A DNA stretch of 64,000 bases, from NCBI GenBank assembly GCA_963827235.1, contig CAWHAE010000012.1:128001-192000 (forward strand). Reading direction: 5' to 3'. The translations under genes and the position numbers were made by a program. Position 1 is the first letter of the stretch. Every line of letters starts with the position of its first letter. This document shows positions 37,661 to 48,326 of the stretch, one piece after another. The notes beneath the pieces are model-generated. The model worked only from the letters and a program-made list of their open reading frames with translations, had not been told where the DNA came from and did not search any database. This DNA is from an uncultured bacterium (lineage in GTDB: Bacteria > Chloroflexota > UBA5177 > JANWHV01).

Positions 37661-37903
37661 TACGCGGGAGCGGCGCGGCGATATCGACTTCGTCGTGGTC
37701 ACCGGCGTGCCCTTGGCTGCCGCAGATGGCGAGCACGAGGCCAGTGCGGGTTCCGCCCAGGCCTGCGTACAGCCTGAGATCTCAAGCGGGCCCGCGGCGC
37801 CCAGTCTCCTGAGTTGGTACGTTGGAGGAATTGAAACCTGAGCCACGCCCAGGCAGAGGAGCTCTGCGCCGCGACCGGCGCCGCCACGTAGGAGGCAAGT
37901 TAC

Positions 37904-39283
37904 GTGAGTCAGCTCGATCGAGACTTGTTGCGCGCCGGCATCGCCTACGCCGATCGGTGGGTGGCCTGCCAGCAGGATCGTCACGATATTCCCGGCGTTG
38001 TGGTCGCCGTTCGGCACGAGGATGAGCTGTTGCTCTCGAGAGGCTACGGCTATGCCGATCTCGATCGCCGGGTGGCGATGACTCCGGATCACATCTTCCG
38101 CATCGCCTCCCATTCCAAGACGTTCACTGCTACGGCGATCATGCAGCTCGTCGAGCAGGGCCGGGTCCGGCTCGACGACCCGCTTGCCACTCACGTGTCA
38201 TGGCTCCGGGATCAGGACGGGCTGGCCCGCGTGACCGTCCGGCAGGCCCTCAACCACACCACGGGCATAGTGCGGGACGGAGACGATGCGGACTACTGGC
38301 AGCTCGAGCACCCATTTCCCGACGCGGACGAGCTGCGCCGGTTGGTGGAGCAGGCCGGCGCCGTGCTGCCGGCCAACGATCGCTTCAAGTACTCCAATCT
38401 GGCCTATGCCCTGCTCGGCCAGGTCGTCGCACGCGCCGCCGGCCTGCCCTACGCCGACTACGTGCGGCAGCACATCATCGATCCTCTCGGCTTGACGGCT
38501 ACCGGGCCGGAAACCGACGAGCGAGCACGTGCCGGCCTGGCCACGGGCTACACCGTGCGCCGGTTCGGCAGGCCCAGGCGGCCCTTGCCCGACGCGTCTA
38601 CCGGTGCGCTGGCCCCTGCCACCGGCTTCTACGCCACCGCGGTCGATCTTTGCCGCTATGCGTCCGGGCACTTCTTCGGCAACGACGTGCTCATGAGCGA
38701 TGCCGCGAAGCGCGAAATGCAGCAGCCTTACTGGGAAGTCGTGCAGGCCGACGCGCAGTACGGGCTTGGCTTTGCCGTGCAGCGCGTTGGAGAGCGGCAG
38801 CTGATCGGGCACGGCGGCAGCTTCCCGGGCTTCAGCACGGTCACGCTGTTCGACCCACGCGATCGCCTGGCAGTCGTGGCGCTCACCAACGAAACAGGCG
38901 GGCCGGCAAGGGATCTCGCTTACGGCATCGTGAAGATCCTCGACTACGCGCAGCGACAGCCGCGAGACGTCGATCGACCCAACGATGCGTACAACGCGTT
39001 TACCGGCCGCTTCGTGAACCAGTGGGGCGTGCTCGACGTCGCCGCCTTTGGCGCCACCCTGGCGGCGCTCGACCCGGATGAGGCGGATCCGGCAAAGTCG
39101 GCCAGCCTCTTGAACGTCGTGGATGCCGACACCCTCCGTATCGACACGGCCAACGGCTATGGCTCGCCGGGCGAGTGGATCCGGTACCGGCGCGACGCCG
39201 CCGGCAAAACCACGGCCGTCGTCGCGGGAGGACTCACCATGTATCCGCTCGAGGAATATCTGCGACGCCCGGTCGCTGATTGA
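37904..39283 (+). CDS. Serine hydrolase, beta-lactamase/AmpC-like family
   Basis: SxxK (ASHSK), YSN, HGG motifs; GGAGG RBS. Confidence 0.92.
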   Translation: MSQLDRDLLRAGIAYADRWVACQQDRHDIPGVVVAVRHEDELLLSRGYGYADLDRRVAMTPDHIFRIASHSKTFTATAIMQLVEQGRVRLDDPLATHVSWLRDQDGLARVTVRQALNHTTGIVRDGDDADYWQLEHPFPDADELRRLVEQAGAVLPANDRFKYSNLAYALLGQVVARAAGLPYADYVRQHIIDPLGLTATGPETDERARAGLATGYTVRRFGRPRRPLPDASTGALAPATGFYATAVDLCRYASGHFFGNDVLMSDAAKREMQQPYWEVVQADAQYGLGFAVQRVGERQLIGHGGSFPGFSTVTLFDPRDRLAVVALTNETGGPARDLAYGIVKILDYAQRQPRDVDRPNDAYNAFTGRFVNQWGVLDVAAFGATLAALDPDEADPAKSASLLNVVDADTLRIDTANGYGSPGEWIRYRRDAAGKTTAVVAGGLTMYPLEEYLRRPVAD

Positions 39284-39363
39284 TCATCTTGCCGGGCAAT
39301 CGCGGTTGCCGAATCCGGTGACGCCGCGCACCGCCGCCACGCCACGTCCAGAAAGATACCGAG

Positions 39364-40320
39364 TTGACTGTAGTTCACGATGACACCACCTGGTTATCGC
39401 CATATGTCACGCTAGACCGGGCAACGTGGGCGCGGCTTCGTGCTGCCACGCCGCTGACCCTGACCGAGGACGATGCCGCGGCCCTCTCGGGCATCAACGA
39501 GCGGATCTCGCTGGGCGAGGTCGCGGAGATCTATCTTCCCCTTTCACGACTGCTCAATCTTCACATCGAGGCACGGCAGCAGCTCTACACGGTAACCAGC
39601 ACGTTCCTGGGCAATCCTGCTGCCAAGGTGCCCTACGTGGTCGGCGTCGCCGGCAGCGTGGCGGCCGGCAAGAGCACGACCGCCCGTATCCTGCAAACAC
39701 TGCTGGCACGCTGGCCCAGCCACCGGCGCGTCGACCTCGTGGCGACCGATGGCTTTCTCTTCCCCAATCACGTGCTCGAAGCGCGCGGGCTCATGCACCG
39801 CAAAGGCTTTCCCGAGACCTACGATCTTCCGCATTTGGTGGAGTTCCTCGTTGAGCTGAAAGCGGGTAAGCCGGTCGTGGCGGCGCCCATGTACTCCCAC
39901 GTTGCCTACGACATCGTGCCGAGCCGGACCCAGGTCGTACGGGAGCCCGACATCGTCATCGTGGAAGGATTGAACGTCTTGCAGACCGGCGGGCGCGCCC
40001 ACCCGCGGTCGCGGATGTATGTCTCTGACTTCTTCGACTTCTCCATCTATGTGGACGCCGAGGAGGCGCAGCTGGAACGCTGGTACGTGGAACGCTTCCT
40101 GGCGCTCTGCGGAGGCATATTCCAGGACGCCTCCTCCTACTTCCATCGCTATGCGGATCTGTCGGCAGAGCAAGCGACGCGGGTGGCGGAACAGATCTGG
40201 TGTGACATCAATGCGCTCAACCTGCGCGAGAACATCGCGCCCACCCGCGAGCGCGCCGACCTGATCCTCAAGAAGGGACCGGATCACGCCGTCGAGTCGG
40301 TGCGCCTGCGCAAGCTGTAG
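39364..40320 (+). CDS. coaA: Type I pantothenate kinase
   Basis: [64 protein letters not shown]. Confidence 0.96.
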   Translation: MTVVHDDTTWLSPYVTLDRATWARLRAATPLTLTEDDAAALSGINERISLGEVAEIYLPLSRLLNLHIEARQQLYTVTSTFLGNPAAKVPYVVGVAGSVAAGKSTTARILQTLLARWPSHRRVDLVATDGFLFPNHVLEARGLMHRKGFPETYDLPHLVEFLVELKAGKPVVAAPMYSHVAYDIVPSRTQVVREPDIVIVEGLNVLQTGGRAHPRSRMYVSDFFDFSIYVDAEEAQLERWYVERFLALCGGIFQDASSYFHRYADLSAEQATRVAEQIWCDINALNLRENIAPTRERADLILKKGPDHAVESVRLRKL

Positions 40321-40354
40321 ATGCCGCTCCCGGTTTCTCCAGCTTGCGCAGGCG
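40303..40354. terminator. Long hairpin overlapping the coaA stop (putative terminator without U-tract)
   Basis: CGCCTGCGCAAGCTG...CAGCTTGCGCAGGCG perfect 15-bp inverted repeat between convergent genes. Confidence 0.55.
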
Positions 40355-40564
40355 GCCCCTGACAAACAATCGCCGGTGAAGGTGTCAAGCTCGCCAGGCC
40401 GGCGGCAATCGACTACCGGCGCTCAGCCGGCCACTCCTGGCTACTCCTGGTCACCATGCAGAACGCTTCGGGGCCACGAACGGTTGGCTTCTCCGGATGC
40501 CAACGCTACTCGAGATCAGCTGCAGCGCGACCCGCCACTGCCCGCGCATTCCGCCCGGCCTGCT

Positions 40565-41758
40565 TCAGGCGGCCAGCAGACCATGCGGATCAAGCACGAA
40601 CTTTCTGGCGGCACCTTTGTCGAAGTCCTTGTACCCTTGTGGCGCATCGTCCAGCCGGATCACGGTCGCGTTGACGGCCTTGGCGATGTGCACCTTGTCG
40701 TGGAGGATAGCCATCATCAGCTTCCGGTTGTAGCGCATGACAGGGCACTGGCCGGTGACGAACGAGAGCGATTTGGCCCAGCCCAGTCCGATGCGCACGC
40801 CCAATTGCCCGATCTTGGCAGGTCCGTCGATGCCGCCCGGGTCGCCGGTCACGTACAGGCCCGGAATGCCGACCAATCCGCCCGCACGAGTCACGGACAT
40901 CGCGTCATTGAGCACGGTTGCCGGCGCTTCTCCCGCGCCTATCCCATGGCCCCGTGCCTCGAAGCCCACGCAGTCGACCGCTGCATCGACCTCGGGTTCT
41001 CCTACGATTGCGGCTATCATCTCGGGCAGCGGCGCGTCGTTCGACAAATCGATGGTTTCGCAGCCAAAGCTGCGCGCCTGCGCGAGCCGCTCCTTGTTCA
41101 TGTCGCCCACGATCACCACGGCCGCGCCGAGCAATTGGGCCGACGCCGCGCACGCCAGGCCCACCGGACCAGCACCGGCGACATACACAGTCGATCCGGT
41201 CGTCACCCCCGCCGTGTAGGCGCCGTGATAGCCGGTCGGGAAAATATCCGACAGCATGGTGAGATCCAGCATCTTCTCCATGGCTTGGTGACGGTCGGGG
41301 AACTTGAGCAAGTTGAAGTCGGCGTAGGGCACCATAACGTATTCGGCCTGTCCGCCGCGCCAGCCCCCCATGTCGACATAGCCGTAGGCAGCGCCGGGCC
41401 GTGCCGGATTGACGTTCAGGCATACTCCCGTCTTCCCCTCCTTGCACATGCGGCAGCGTCCGCAGGCGATATTGAATGGGGTGGAGACCAGGTCACCTTT
41501 CTTGATGAACTCCACGTCGCGTCCAAGCTCGATCACTTCACCGGTGATCTCGTGGCCCAGAGTCTGCCCATGCGCGGCCGTGGTGCGGCCACGCACCATA
41601 TGCTGGTCGCTGCCGCAGATGTTTGTCGCCACGACCTTGAGGATCACGCCGTGATCGCACTTGCGATGCTGTTCCGGCAGGGCCAGCTCAGGATAACCGA
41701 TGTCCTGCACTTCAACATTCCCGGGTCCCATGTAGACGACACCGCGATTACCTGCCAT
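40565..41758 (-). CDS. fdhA: Glutathione-independent formaldehyde dehydrogenase
   Basis: NRGVVY, TNICGSDQHMVRGRT, GHE, CGRCRMC, LSDIFPTG, GIPGLYVTGDPG, KFVLDPHG. Confidence 0.93.
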   Translation of the reverse strand: MAGNRGVVYMGPGNVEVQDIGYPELALPEQHRKCDHGVILKVVATNICGSDQHMVRGRTTAAHGQTLGHEITGEVIELGRDVEFIKKGDLVSTPFNIACGRCRMCKEGKTGVCLNVNPARPGAAYGYVDMGGWRGGQAEYVMVPYADFNLLKFPDRHQAMEKMLDLTMLSDIFPTGYHGAYTAGVTTGSTVYVAGAGPVGLACAASAQLLGAAVVIVGDMNKERLAQARSFGCETIDLSNDAPLPEMIAAIVGEPEVDAAVDCVGFEARGHGIGAGEAPATVLNDAMSVTRAGGLVGIPGLYVTGDPGGIDGPAKIGQLGVRIGLGWAKSLSFVTGQCPVMRYNRKLMMAILHDKVHIAKAVNATVIRLDDAPQGYKDFDKGAARKFVLDPHGLLAA

Positions 41759-41850
41759 AGCATCCTCCATTGCTGCGGCGGCGAGGTTTCCCCCTATTTC
41801 ACGAGACTTGCACGCGCATCACATACGCGCGATCGCATGACGGCTGCCAC

Positions 41851-42255
41851 CTAGCTCATGGCATGGGCGCCGGCCTCGGCGACGGCGTGGTCGTTCTCCA
41901 CCGTGCTACCGCTCACGCCGATTGCACCGATCACCTCGCCCTGGCTGTTCTTCAGCGGGATTCCGCCGGGGAACGTGATCAGGCCCCCGTTCGAATGTTC
42001 GATGTTGAACAGCGGACCACCCGGCTGCGACAGCGCCCCGATCTTGCCGGTCTCCATGTCGAAGAACCGCGCGGTGCGCGCCTTCTTGATGGCGATGTCT
42101 ATGCTGCCCAGCCAGGCGCCGTCCATGCGTGCGAAGGCCTTCAGGTTGGCACCTGCATCTACGACCGCAATGTCCATCAGCGTGTTGCTCTGTTTGGCCT
42201 TCTCGACCGCGGCATCGAGCACTCGCTCAGCCTGGGATAAGGTAATGTCGGCCAT
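41851..42255 (-). CDS. GlcG/HbpS family heme-binding protein
   Basis: [46 protein letters not shown]. Confidence 0.92.
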   Translation of the reverse strand: MADITLSQAERVLDAAVEKAKQSNTLMDIAVVDAGANLKAFARMDGAWLGSIDIAIKKARTARFFDMETGKIGALSQPGGPLFNIEHSNGGLITFPGGIPLKNSQGEVIGAIGVSGSTVENDHAVAEAGAHAMS

Positions 42256-42715
42256 CGTTGCCCTCCTTACAGCTCTCGTCTGTTCATCGACTTGAGGTAC
42301 AAACCCGTTGCTCGCGTGATTCCGACCACCACGCCCCTGCCGTCACGGTCCCTGAGGCCATGGAGGCGGCCGGTGTCCCGGCAGGCCGTCTGGACCGGGC
42401 TTCGAATTGCCGGCAAAGCAGGCCGGCAGAGGACCACCATCTGCGCCGCCTGCGCGAGGCGGTACCCCAGGCAGGCGTCTTCGGCGGCGAATTGGAGAAC
42501 GAAAGGTTGGTGATCGCAATTGCGGCATGCTCCGCGATCGTCTCGGTCGAGGGACGGTATGAGCTTGGGCGTGGGGTTGTACCTCTCAGCATACGCTCGG
42601 TCTGGTTCAAAGTCCATCCACGGCCAATCCGCGGGGCCTCTGCCCGAGTAGCTCGAGGTCAGCAATCGCTGTATGCTGTAACGGCATAATCCAGGAGAAG
42701 CGTGAGGGCAGATGC

Positions 42716-43690
42716 ATGCCACCGGTGATCCGCTACCAGGTCATAGAGGGTTGGGAGAAGCTACCGGATGGCTTCACCCACCAAGACTGCGTCGGAGTCG
42801 GCGTCGACACACAGGACAACGTGTACCTGTTCACGCGCGGCCAGTCACGCGTACTCGTGTATAGCCGTGAGGGAGAGTTCCTCCGTTCCTGGGGTGAGAC
42901 GCTCTTTACCCCGCGCACCCACGGCTTGACGCTCAGCCCAGACGATCGCGTGTACTGCGTGGACGAGGGCAGCCACTGCATCTATGTCTTTACTCTTGTG
43001 GGTGAGTTGATCATGACCCTCGGCTCCCCGGGCACGGCAGCCGAGACCGGCTACGATGGCCGTACGATGGAGAGTATCCGCGGCGGGCCGCCGTTCAACC
43101 GGCCAACCAATCTCGCCGTCGCACCGAATGGCGACCTCTATGTGACGGATGGCTATGGCAACTGCAAGGTCCACCACTTCTCGAGCACGGGCAATCTCGT
43201 CCAATCCTGGGGTGCGCCCGGCAGCGGCCCCGGTGAGTTTTACCTTCCGCATGGCATTCGCGTGGCAGCCGACGGACGCGTGTTTGTGGCCGACCGCGAG
43301 AACGACCGTTTGCAGATCTTCAGCTCCGATGGCCAGTTCTTGGAGCAGTGGACTGACGTCCAGCGACCGACGAACATCGCCATTGACGCGGCGGGGAATG
43401 TCTACGTCGCGGAACTCTGGTGGCGGGTCGGGGACCAGACTCGAGGCCATGGCACGATCCTCGAGGAGAGGCCGGGCCGAGTGAGCATCTTCGACGCCAC
43501 CGGCAAGCTCCTGGCCCGCTGGGGCGGTCCCGACCGCTGCGCGCCTGGCAACTTTGTTGCGCCCCACGACATCGCTGTGGACTCCCATGGCGACGTGTAT
43601 GTCGGCGAGGTGACGCATACCCATGGCGGGCCGACTGGGCTGGTGGGCGCCGAGTGTCACTCCTTCCAGAAGTTTCGTTGCATGGATTAG
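42716..43690 (+). CDS. NHL-repeat beta-propeller protein (PAL-like family)
   Basis: FNRPTNLAV, YVTDGYGN, FYLPHGI, ADRENDRLQIF, FVAPHDIAVD. Confidence 0.9.
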   Translation: MPPVIRYQVIEGWEKLPDGFTHQDCVGVGVDTQDNVYLFTRGQSRVLVYSREGEFLRSWGETLFTPRTHGLTLSPDDRVYCVDEGSHCIYVFTLVGELIMTLGSPGTAAETGYDGRTMESIRGGPPFNRPTNLAVAPNGDLYVTDGYGNCKVHHFSSTGNLVQSWGAPGSGPGEFYLPHGIRVAADGRVFVADRENDRLQIFSSDGQFLEQWTDVQRPTNIAIDAAGNVYVAELWWRVGDQTRGHGTILEERPGRVSIFDATGKLLARWGGPDRCAPGNFVAPHDIAVDSHGDVYVGEVTHTHGGPTGLVGAECHSFQKFRCMD

Positions 43691-43852
43691 CGTTCTCGGT
43701 TCAGTGAGGGCAGTCGCCAAGAGTTGTTACGCCCCTTCCGGATGCTGCGCAGCCGCAGCTTGCTCCTCTCCTGACTGTACGCCGCAGGCCATGCGTGCGC
43801 TGCGTTCTGCCAGGGGATGCATGCTCGACACACCCCTGATCCGCTCTGGCTT

Positions 43853-44734
43853 CTACCGGGCATCCAGTGCAGGCTTGAGTACCTCTTCCGCCCACTGCCG
43901 GAAGCTGATGGGGGTCGTGTTCTCCGCCGTGCGCTCGAGCCCGTTGTCCAGCCCGTGGGCCTTGGCGATGTCCATGTCGATCATGCTTTGAGCCATCGCG
44001 TCCGAGTAGCCGAAGCGGATGTAGCCCTGCTTGTCCTGCTCGCGGCTGCCTTCCTCAAACCGGATCGGCGTGCCGAGCACGTCGGTAAGGATGGCGGCAA
44101 TTTCGTTGAGCGAGAGGTCCTCCGGCCCGAGGACGCCGAGGCTGTCCTGCCCGGTCCAGGTGTGGTCAAGTAAGAGCCGTGACGCTACGGCGGCGATGTC
44201 ACGGGTGTCAACCGTCGGCACCTTGAGATCGCCGGGAATCGTGCCGCGGATCACACCATCACGCTTGATCGACTGCACCTGGTGGAGGATGTTGTCCATG
44301 AACGAGGGCATCGTCAGCGCGCGGAGATGCACCCCGGTGCTGCGGAGCAAGTCTTCCATCGCCAGCGACGCCGATACGTGGCCGGCATAGCGCTGCTGGC
44401 CACGTCCGAGCGCCGAGACGGTCACGACGCGCGAGACACCATGCCGCACGATCGCGTCGGCGGCAGGGATGCTGAAACTGACATAGGCGTCGTAGACACT
44501 CTGCGCTGTACGGTCCGCCGGAACGAGCCAGAACACGGAATCCGCGTTCTCGAAGGCGTGATCTACCACATCGCGCTCCCTGTGGGAGCCGGCGACGACC
44601 TCCACCCGGTCCCGAACCTCCGGCGGAAGTCGATTTGGGTCGCGGACGATGACGCGGACGGGCTCAACGTGCCGCCGCAGATTCGAGAGAACCTGGCTGC
44701 CGATGTGACCGGTCGGGGCGGTGACTACTATCAT
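43853..44734 (-). CDS. NmrA-like NAD(P)H-binding protein
   Basis: MIVVTAPTGHIG Rossmann start; RDIA, GPEDLS; AGGAG RBS. Confidence 0.88.
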   Translation of the reverse strand: MIVVTAPTGHIGSQVLSNLRRHVEPVRVIVRDPNRLPPEVRDRVEVVAGSHRERDVVDHAFENADSVFWLVPADRTAQSVYDAYVSFSIPAADAIVRHGVSRVVTVSALGRGQQRYAGHVSASLAMEDLLRSTGVHLRALTMPSFMDNILHQVQSIKRDGVIRGTIPGDLKVPTVDTRDIAAVASRLLLDHTWTGQDSLGVLGPEDLSLNEIAAILTDVLGTPIRFEEGSREQDKQGYIRFGYSDAMAQSMIDMDIAKAHGLDNGLERTAENTTPISFRQWAEEVLKPALDAR

Positions 44735-44761
44735 GGTTGTGTGCTCCTGTTCAGCTAGTAT

Positions 44762-44784
44762 GTATACTCTACTGTACCGTTTAC
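44762..44784. promoter_or_regulatory. Putative TetR operator in a divergent promoter
   Basis: Imperfect palindrome GTATAC-N11-GTTTAC in a 69-bp AT-rich spacer. Confidence 0.55.
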
Positions 44785-44803
44785 TTGTCGAGAGGGCAAC
44801 CCT

Positions 44804-45439
44804 ATGGCCAGACGCGGCGATAGGCTTCGCGAACACATCCTCGAGGTGGCCAAGAATGCCTTCCTCGAGTCGGGGTTCGAGCGCACCTCGATGGACACCG
44901 TCGCCGCCCGCGCGGAGACGTCCAAGCGGTCGCTGTACGCCCACTTCCCCACGAAAGATGCGCTCTTCCTAGCGGTCATTGACCGCGTACATGATCTCTT
45001 CCGCGGTCGCCTGCGGACCCCGGACCAGTACGCAGGCGACCCCGCCGAGGCGGCCGCGCTGTTCTGCGGGCGATTCCTGCAGATGCTCGGCTGGGCACCA
45101 GTCGTGCAGATCTGCCGGCTGGGCATCACCGAGGCACAGCGCCTGCCGGAAGCTGCTGCCCAACTACACGAGGCCTTCTTTGGCACGACCACCGATCGAC
45201 TCGCGGCGCACCTCTGCGACCAGTTCGGCCTGGACGCCGCGGAAGGAGCAACACTCGCCGCCCAATTGCTTGGGATGACGGTCTACCCCACGTTCCCGCG
45301 AGCACTATTCGGCCTCGGCGAATTCCGCGACACCGTTCCCGACGAGGCCTGCATCGAAGCCGACGTCGACATGCGCGCCATTCGACGAGCAACCGAGTCC
45401 GCGCTTGTGCGCTGGCGCTCGAGGAACGCGGCTGGCTGA
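44804..45439 (+). CDS. TetR/AcrR family regulator
   Basis: FLESGFERTSMDTVAARAETSKRSLYAHFPTKDALF; divergent from the NmrA-like gene. Confidence 0.92.
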   Translation: MARRGDRLREHILEVAKNAFLESGFERTSMDTVAARAETSKRSLYAHFPTKDALFLAVIDRVHDLFRGRLRTPDQYAGDPAEAAALFCGRFLQMLGWAPVVQICRLGITEAQRLPEAAAQLHEAFFGTTTDRLAAHLCDQFGLDAAEGATLAAQLLGMTVYPTFPRALFGLGEFRDTVPDEACIEADVDMRAIRRATESALVRWRSRNAAG

Positions 45440-45529
45440 TTCACCACCCAATCCATGGATTCTGGCGCATGGCCATCACGACTACAGCAAAGGCGGGACC
45501 CCAAGAGCCGAACTCGCTGCGAAAGCACC

Positions 45530-46162
45530 CTACGCAGGTGCACGCTGATCGTTCTGGATCAGCATAGCCATCCGCTCGTGCAGGTCAGCACCACGGCCAA
45601 GGCCGGCGCACCGGGCGCGCTGCTCAGCGCCGACATCGACGGCGGCAGCATCCTGGCAGTGCAGGCCCCTGGTGGAAACGGAGCGGCGCTCTACGATATG
45701 ACCCTGACCGGGCAGGCCACCCCTTACGACCGCATCTTCCCTCCCAGCGAGCCTCCGATCAGCACGCCGGGCGGCACCCTGGTGGATCCGCGCCTCTTCG
45801 CCCTCAATAACGCCCGCCTGGCGGACCAGGATGTGCTGCTCATCCACCAGGCGGCGCTCGAACAATGGTCGTTTATCGGCTGCGGTGGCTGCACCGCCAC
45901 GCTGAGCCTTGCTACGCTGCACGGGCCGCATCGGCACTTCAGCGCCCTCTTCGGTCTGGCGGTCGCAGACCAGCATCTTGGGCTCGGGCACCTGCACCTC
46001 GCGGTGCTCAGCGCGGCTGGGAAAGTGGTGCGAACGGCCAAGGGCTTCACCCGCGCCGGCCACGGTCCGCAACTCCTGTCGATCAGCCTGGATGGCGGCG
46101 CGAAGCTGCAGATCGCTTGGGACGATGTGCCGCTCACGGTTTTCGCGCTGACCGTCGCATAG
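45530..46162 (+). pseudogene. Probable 5'-truncated extracellular beta-sandwich protein (C-terminus NPCBM-like)
   Basis: Coding-like GC3 bias from about 45545; no convincing start or RBS; FSALFGL...LLSISLDGGAKLQI pattern. Confidence 0.4.
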
Positions 46163-46234
46163 AGCCATGCGAGCAAAGGGGGGCCAGGGCGCTTCACTAG
46201 CGGTAGTACGGAAGCGCTCTTCCAGTCTACCTGT

Positions 46235-46552
46235 GCGCCGCTGGCCTGATGCTGCCCGGCTACGGCACGTACGATGCGAGCAAACGGGGCAGTGGAGCAG
46301 TTGACGCGCGTGCTCTCGAAGGAGCTTGGCCCAAAGAACATCACGGTGAACGCCGTGTCCCCCGGGGCCACGGAGACGGAGCTGTTCCACGCGGGGAAGA
46401 GCGACGCGTTGATTGCCAGCTTCGAGCGCATGTCCGCCTTCGGGCGGCTCGGTCGGCCCGACGACATTGCCGAGGTGGTGACCTTTCTGGCCAGCGAGGA
46501 GGCCCGCTGGATCACCGGGCAGACCATCCGGGTCAACGGCGGCACGTGCTAA
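46235..46552 (+). pseudogene. SDR oxidoreductase C-terminal remnant with +1 frameshift
   Basis: YDASK in one frame continues as GAVEQLTRVLSKELG...ITGQTIRVNGG after an extra base near 46285; Rossmann N-terminus absent. Confidence 0.8.
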
Positions 46553-46869
46553 TAGCAGCTGAGGGTGCGTCCAGACGCAGGAGTGGTGCGTGAGCGGGCA
46601 GAGAGGTCGAAGTGCTCGCCCGCCTGCGGAGACGACCCGGCCCACATCGGAGAAGGGGGTGCGGCCGATGCCTGCGAGCGCATCCCGCATCGGCGGCAAC
46701 AACGCCGCCTGACGCCGGCCGGGACGTTGGTGAGCCGGTGCGGAGCCTGGCACGCCTCATCAGCACCTTCCGTGGAGAACGGTCGCCGGTGTGGCGGTGA
46801 AGGGCGGCTGATGCAGAGCGGAGCAGCGACGAACACCGCATCACGGGAAGGTGTCAACGTGTAGGGTGA

Positions 46870-47165
46870 CTATGTGGCACCGGGCTCTGCTTCTGGACCG
46901 CACAGGGGCAACCGTAGACAGAAGACGCTTCCACCAGGACCGGTCGCCTCCAGGTCGAGCGTGCCGCCCATAGCCTCGGCACAGACCCTACCTAGATACA
47001 AACCCAGTCCGGTGCCTACGTGGCCTGCACGCATGCGGCTCCCCGGCACGCGCCCGAAGCTCGAGAACAGGATGCTCCGGGCCTCCTCTGGAATACCGGA
47101 TCCGTGGTCGCGTACGCGCACGGTGGCCAAGTCGTTCTGCTCCAGCCAGCGCAGCTCGATCGCAT
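46870..47165 (-). pseudogene. Isolated HATPase C-terminal remnant of a histidine kinase
   Basis: VRVRDHGSGIP...FGRVPGSRMRAGHVGTGLGLYLGR...MGGTLDLEATGPGGSVF; no H-box upstream. Confidence 0.8.
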
Positions 47166-47345
47166 CGCATCCTATCGGTGCCGGGCCGTGGGATGGAGCA
47201 AGCCACCGACGGGGACACGATCAGCTTCGCCGGGCGGGGCCATGCGGCGTGGGCGGCGCGCAGTCTATGGCCGCATTGACTTGTCCTGCCGGCGCGGTAC
47301 CGTAGCAGCATGGTAGTGAGATGAGCGGCGGCGAGGAGAGCTAAC

Positions 47346-48326
47346 ATGCGCGCGATCGTGATTGAGCGTCCGGGCGGGCCCGACGTCCTGCGGCTGGGCG
47401 AGCTTCCCGATCCGGTCCCTGGCCCCGGCGAGCTCGTGGCGCGCGTGCGCGCCACGGCGCTGAACCGGCTGGATCTGGCCCAGCGCGAAGGCAGGTACCC
47501 TGTGCCGCCCGGCGCGCCGGCCACGCTGGGCGTCGAGATGGCCGGCGAGGTCATCGGCTGGGGCGACGGAGTGACCGGCTGGTCGCGCGGCGATCGCGTG
47601 TGTGCGCTGCTGCTCGGCGGCGGCTACGCAGAGCAGGTGGCCTTCCCGGCGGCGATGGCCGTGGCCTTACCGCCCAGCGTCACCTACGAAGAGGGCGCCG
47701 GGATCCCGGAGGTGTTTCTCACCGCCTTCCTCAACCTGTTCACAATCGGCAATCTTCCGCCCGGAGGATTCGCCCTCATCCATGCCGGGGCCAGCGGCGT
47801 GGGCACCGCGGCCATCCAGCTCGTGCGCGAGAGCGGCGCGCATGCCATCGTCACCGTCGGTTCGCGGGCGAAGGCCGAGCGATGCCGCTCCCTGGGCGCC
47901 GTCGAGGCGATCGACTATCACGAGGGGCCGTTCGAGCCCCGGGTGCGCGAGCTGACCGGCGGTCGCGGCGTGGACGTGATCCTGGATATGGTAGGGGCGC
48001 CCTATTGGGAGCAGAATCTGGCCTGTCTTGCTCTGGCCGGGCGCTTGATCCTGGTCAGCGCGCTGGGCGGAACCTCGACCAATCTCAATATCGGCGCTCT
48101 GCAGGCCAAGCGAGCGCGCGTGATCGGCACGATGCTTCGACCGCTCCCCCTGCCGGAGAAGATCGCGCTCACCGAACAGTTCAAGGCCTTTGCCATGCCG
48201 CGTTTTGCCGGCGGCCGGCTCAAATCCGTGATTGATCGCGTGTACGCGCTGGAGCAGGCGCCCGAGGCGCACCGGTACATGCAGTCCAATGCCAACATCG
48301 GCAAGATAGTGCTGCGCGTGCCGTAA
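47346..48326 (+). CDS. NAD(P)H-quinone oxidoreductase, PIG3/MDR family
   Basis: ALNRLDLAQREGRY, GGGYAE, HAGASGVG, GVDVILD, GKIVL; GAGGAG RBS. Confidence 0.92.
   Translation: MRAIVIERPGGPDVLRLGELPDPVPGPGELVARVRATALNRLDLAQREGRYPVPPGAPATLGVEMAGEVIGWGDGVTGWSRGDRVCALLLGGGYAEQVAFPAAMAVALPPSVTYEEGAGIPEVFLTAFLNLFTIGNLPPGGFALIHAGASGVGTAAIQLVRESGAHAIVTVGSRAKAERCRSLGAVEAIDYHEGPFEPRVRELTGGRGVDVILDMVGAPYWEQNLACLALAGRLILVSALGGTSTNLNIGALQAKRARVIGTMLRPLPLPEKIALTEQFKAFAMPRFAGGRLKSVIDRVYALEQAPEAHRYMQSNANIGKIVLRVP

Noticed and set aside
42267-42722. 151-aa minus-strand ORF with CxxC
   Set aside because: No recognisable family or RBS; overlaps the promoter region of the divergent NHL gene
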